Below, piece by piece: positions 60,378 to 64,000 of a stretch of DNA of 64,000 nucleotides. The stretch lies in NCBI GenBank assembly GCA_963840035.1, contig CAWIXE010000001.1, positions 608,001 to 672,000 on the forward strand, given 5' to 3'. Each line of letters opens with the position of its first letter. Within the stretch, counting starts at the first letter, position 1. A model generated the notes under the pieces. The model had not been told where the DNA came from and did not search any database. It saw only the letters and a list, made by a program, of their open reading frames with translations. This stretch comes from a candidate division FCPU426 bacterium (GTDB lineage Bacteria; Oederibacteriota; PGYV01; Palsa-1178). Made by a program: the position numbers and the translations under genes.

Positions 60378-61079
60378 ATGCGTATTAACGGCTTTGAAGG
60401 GGTTTCCTTAATAGATTTTCCGGGAACGGTCTGTTCCATAGTCTACACGTCGCCGTGCAATTTCAAATGCCCGTTCTGCCACAACCCCGACCTCATAAGC
60501 ATAAATGAAGACACAATCGGCGAACCGCAGGTAATATCGGAGATAGCCGAGAGGGCCGGTTTTATTGCCGGAGTTACAATTACCGGGGGAGAGCCTCTTT
60601 TACAGGAAGACATCGGGCTGTTCCTGAAAATATTAAAGGACATGAAGCTTAAGGTTAAGCTTGACACCAACGGCTACATGCCTGACAAACTAAAATCCCT
60701 CATGGATAAAAAGCTGGTCGATTACGTAGCCATGGATATAAAGTCATCCCCTGACAAATATCAGTTTGCCTGCGGCATTAAGACAGACTTAAGCAGGATA
60801 AAAGAATCAATAGCGCTTATTAAAGAAAGCGGCATAGACTATGAATTCAGGACCACGGCAGTGCCAAACCTGGTGGAACCGGGCGATATCCCGAAAATAG
60901 GCGAACTTATATCTGGCGCGAAGATGTTTTCGCTCCAGCAGTTCCGCAACACCAACACATATGACGAACTATACAAAAAGATAACCCCGTACACCGAGGC
61001 AAAACTCGAGGAATTCGCCGAGGAGCTAAGGCTCTACGCGGACAAAGTAAGGGTCCTAAACACCGCCGCCCTGGCGTAA
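60378..61079 (+). CDS. nrdG: Anaerobic RNR activating radical SAM enzyme
   Basis: [33 protein letters not shown]. Confidence 0.94.
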   Translation: MRINGFEGVSLIDFPGTVCSIVYTSPCNFKCPFCHNPDLISINEDTIGEPQVISEIAERAGFIAGVTITGGEPLLQEDIGLFLKILKDMKLKVKLDTNGYMPDKLKSLMDKKLVDYVAMDIKSSPDKYQFACGIKTDLSRIKESIALIKESGIDYEFRTTAVPNLVEPGDIPKIGELISGAKMFSLQQFRNTNTYDELYKKITPYTEAKLEEFAEELRLYADKVRVLNTAALA

Positions 61080-61183
61080 AGAAGCATAAGGATATAGCGA
61101 TATTTTTATGGAAATACCCCCACCCCTGTGATATAATTTCCGATATTAATTCAGTAAAAATATTTCCCCCCAAGGAGGAAAAA

Positions 61184-62368
61184 ATGGAAATAAAAGAAGG
61201 GCTTTTTACCTCGGAATCCGTAACAGCTGGGCATCCTGACAAGGTGGCGGACCAGATATCCGACGCCGTGCTGGATTATATTTACGCCAATGACCCGATG
61301 GGCCGCGTGGCATGCGAAACACTTCTTGCCAAGGAACTCGTGGTTGTAGCCGGAGAAATCACCACAAAGACAAAACTTGACCACGCCATTATTGAAAAAA
61401 TAGTAAGGAAGACATTAAAACAGATAGGATATACCACGCCGGAATCCGGAATCGGAGCCGACACATGCAAAATCATAACGTCTGTCTCAAAACAGTCGCC
61501 TGACATAGCCATGGGAGTCGACCGCGAAGGCGCCGGGGACCAGGGTATGATGTTCGGTTACGCTTCAAACGAGACCAAGGAATTCATGCCGCTTCCGATA
61601 ATTCTCGCCCACAGGCTCGTGGAAAAACTCCACGAAGTCAGGGAGAAAAAGCTTGTGCCTTACTTAAGGCCGGACGGCAAGTCGCAGGTATCAGTGGAAT
61701 ATAAAAAAGGAAAGCCCGTCGGCATCACTGCCATAGTGCTTTCGACCCAGCATGACGAGACAGTATCAGACGACCACTTCAGGATAGAGCAGGATATGAA
61801 AAGGCTCGTCATAGACAAAGTAATCCCTAAAAATCTTATCACATCAAAGACAAAAATATACGTCAACCCGACAGGCAAGTTCGAAGTCGGGGGCCCGATG
61901 GGCGACACAGGGGTAACAGGAAGAAAGATCATCGTCGATACATACGGCGGGATGGGCAGGCACGGCGGCGGAGCGTTCTCAGGCAAGGATCCGTCGAAGG
62001 TTGACCGCTCGGCGGCGTACATGGCGCGCTACATAGCCAAAAACGTAGTGGCAGCGAAGCTCGCGGACAAATGCGAAGTACAGCTTTCCTACGCCATCGG
62101 CGTGGCAGACCCGACATCGGTCATGGTAAACACCTTCGGAACAGGAAAATTTCCTGAGGCAAAAATATCAGCGGCCGTTTCGGCCGTATTTAACATGACA
62201 CCGCGCGGAATCATGGAGACCTTGAACCTCCGCAGGCCCATATACCAGAAATCAGCGGCTTACGGGCACTTCGGCAGGACAGAAAAAGAATTCACATGGG
62301 AACACATTGATAAAGTCGCGGCACTTAAGAAAGCCATGAAGGCGAAGGTTAAGAAAACAATAATATAA
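61184..62368 (+). CDS. metK: S-adenosylmethionine synthetase
   Basis: [26 protein letters not shown]. Confidence 0.98.
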   Translation: MEIKEGLFTSESVTAGHPDKVADQISDAVLDYIYANDPMGRVACETLLAKELVVVAGEITTKTKLDHAIIEKIVRKTLKQIGYTTPESGIGADTCKIITSVSKQSPDIAMGVDREGAGDQGMMFGYASNETKEFMPLPIILAHRLVEKLHEVREKKLVPYLRPDGKSQVSVEYKKGKPVGITAIVLSTQHDETVSDDHFRIEQDMKRLVIDKVIPKNLITSKTKIYVNPTGKFEVGGPMGDTGVTGRKIIVDTYGGMGRHGGGAFSGKDPSKVDRSAAYMARYIAKNVVAAKLADKCEVQLSYAIGVADPTSVMVNTFGTGKFPEAKISAAVSAVFNMTPRGIMETLNLRRPIYQKSAAYGHFGRTEKEFTWEHIDKVAALKKAMKAKVKKTII

Positions 62369-62417
62369 CTTGCAGGGACAGCGCTCCCGCACTGTCCGCA
62401 CAGTTAATGGAGGCAAG

Positions 62418-63680
62418 ATGAAAAAAGCATACGACATAAAAGATATAAAGCTGGCTGCGGAAGGCAAAAGGAAGATCGAGTGGGCTGAAAAGAATATGCC
62501 TGTCCTGCGCCTTATAAGGGAAGATTTTAAGAAGAACAAGCCGCTTAAAGGGCAGACACTTGTGGCCTGCCTTCACATCACCACTGAAACGGCAAACCTT
62601 CTCTGGACGCTCAAAGAGGGCGGCGCGAATGTCATAGCATGCGCGTCAAACCCGCTTTCCACACAGGATGATACGGCAGCGGCGCTGGTTAAATACCACA
62701 ACATCCCGGTGTACGCCATAAAGGGAGAGTCAAACAAAGTTTATTACTCGCACATACTCGCGGCGCTTGAACACAAGCCCACGCTTACCATGGACGACGG
62801 GGCAGACACAGTCTCAGTAATTCACAAGACCCACAGGCACCTAATAGACGGAATCATCGGCGGCACTGAAGAGACCACCACCGGCGTAATCAGGCTCAAA
62901 GCCATGGAAAAAGAAGGCGTGCTCGAGTACCCGATAATCGCGGTAAACGAGGCAATGACAAAACATTTCTTTGACAACCGCTACGGCACAGGCCAGTCGA
63001 CACTGGACGGCATAATCCGCGCGACTAACGTGCTGCTCGCGGGACTGAATTTTGTTGTCGCCGGCTATGGCTGGTGCGGCAAGGGCCTGGCGATGAGAGC
63101 CTCGGGAATGGGCGCGAACGTAATCGTCACGGAGATAGACCCGATAAAGGCGCTTGAGGCAAAAATGGACGGATACCTGGTAATGCCGATGATAGAAGCC
63201 GCGGCTATAGGGAACGTATTCTGCACGGTAACCGGCGACATTAACGTAATCAGGAAAGAGCACTTCCTGAAAATGAAAGATAACGCCATAGTATGCAACT
63301 CCGGCCACTTCAACGTGGAAATCGACCTTCCGGCCCTTGAAAAGATTTCAGTCTCCAAAAGGGAAGTAAGAAACCTGGTCATGGAATACAAGCTGAAAAA
63401 TGGAAACAGGATATGTGTGCTTGCCGACGGCAGGCTAGTTAACCTGGCAACTGCCGAAGGGCATCCGGCCATGGTAATGGACATGTCCTTTGCCAACCAG
63501 GCGCAGGGCGCGGAGTACATGGTGAAGAACCACCTCTCGCTGGAGAAAAAAGTTTATAACGTCCCCGAGGATATCGACAGGAAGATAGCGGAGATAAAGC
63601 TGAAATCCATGGGAGTAAAGCTGGAAAAACTGACTGCCGAGCAGGTAAAGTACTTAAACAGCTGGCAGGAAGGGACATAA
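62418..63680 (+). CDS. ahcY: Adenosylhomocysteinase
   Basis: [43 protein letters not shown]. Confidence 0.98.
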   Translation: MKKAYDIKDIKLAAEGKRKIEWAEKNMPVLRLIREDFKKNKPLKGQTLVACLHITTETANLLWTLKEGGANVIACASNPLSTQDDTAAALVKYHNIPVYAIKGESNKVYYSHILAALEHKPTLTMDDGADTVSVIHKTHRHLIDGIIGGTEETTTGVIRLKAMEKEGVLEYPIIAVNEAMTKHFFDNRYGTGQSTLDGIIRATNVLLAGLNFVVAGYGWCGKGLAMRASGMGANVIVTEIDPIKALEAKMDGYLVMPMIEAAAIGNVFCTVTGDINVIRKEHFLKMKDNAIVCNSGHFNVEIDLPALEKISVSKREVRNLVMEYKLKNGNRICVLADGRLVNLATAEGHPAMVMDMSFANQAQGAEYMVKNHLSLEKKVYNVPEDIDRKIAEIKLKSMGVKLEKLTAEQVKYLNSWQEGT

Positions 63681-63738
63681 GAAGTTCGGAGGGTGGAGGG
63701 TTGAGTTCGGAGTCAAAACCAATACCCACATAAAATAG

Positions 63739-63766
63739 AAAAGGCGGGCAAAAGCCCGCCTTTTTA
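63739..63766. terminator. Bidirectional intrinsic terminator
   Basis: AAAAGGCGGGC-AAAA-GCCCGCCTTTTT between convergent ahcY and tRNA. Confidence 0.85.
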
Positions 63767-63771
63767 TTTAT

Positions 63772-63846
63772 TGGAGGTGGCGATCGGAATTGAACCGATG
63801 AATAAGGGTTTTGCAGACCCGTGCCTTACCACTTGGCTACGCCACC
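63772..63846 (-). tRNA. tRNA-Cys(GCA)
   Basis: Reverse complement GGTGGCGTAGCCAAGTGGTAAGGCACGGGTCTGCAAAACCC...GGTTCAATTCC...CCACCTCCA. Confidence 0.96.
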
Positions 63847-64000
63847 AAATCGTTTATTTGAAACAGGCATAATTATATAGGTTCGTGGATAATTTTTCAA
63901 GTTGTTTTTATGGGTCTTGCAGTTGATATTTTGAATTTTGTAATTTTTTCCCTCTCCCTCCGGGAGAAGGTAGGGTGAGGGGCAGGCAAAGGCATAGTAT

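Noticed and set aside
62369..62406. SAH riboswitch before ahcY
   Set aside because: Only a simple GGACAG/CTGTCC hairpin; the GAGGAGCG..AGGCTC core is absent.
63772..63846. tRNA-anchored integrated element
   Set aside because: No integrase or duplicated tRNA 3' end; the tRNA abuts the ahcY terminator.

Overview
Bacterial chromosomal window, mostly housekeeping genes on the + strand. It comes from a probably anaerobic diderm (TonB receptor, class III RNR). Secreted proteins with Thr-rich linkers and YPNPF tails suggest a Ca. Goldbacteria-like cellulolytic lineage, which is an inference. In order: glycine cleavage/lipoate cluster (gcvH-gcvPA-gcvPB-ligase-lipA-lpdA), CapA-like and O-antigen-ligase/TPR genes, a TetR-HlyD-ABC efflux operon, DinG and assorted enzymes. 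Next is an AT-rich island (~26.5-32.3 kb) where two 1546-bp IS3-family copies sit among gene fragments, including a Cys-rich Rhs toxin tip with a putative immunity gene. Then gatC-gatA-(Zn ribbon)-gatB, a candidate TA pair, an attenuator-like leader before rlmD, miaB, a large modular glycoside hydrolase, a TPP riboswitch before an AIR-synthase-like gene and a TonB receptor, and an ECF sigma. Finally a 9x146-bp REP/BIME array, an HD protein, a 5x58-bp array, nrdD-nrdG, metK-ahcY and tRNA-Cys. Best leads: (1) a naturally split class III RNR whose glycyl-radical domain is a separate 71-aa gene, with likely coiled-coil docking ends; (2) pervasive 7-9-bp-periodic palindromic elements that often start at stop codons, can carry the next gene's RBS, and in one case lie in frame inside lipA; (3) an IS-derived start codon in frame with an orphan Cys-rich Rhs tip; (4) a TPP-controlled AIR-synthase-like gene; (5) an unrecognised terminator/antiterminator leader before rlmD.
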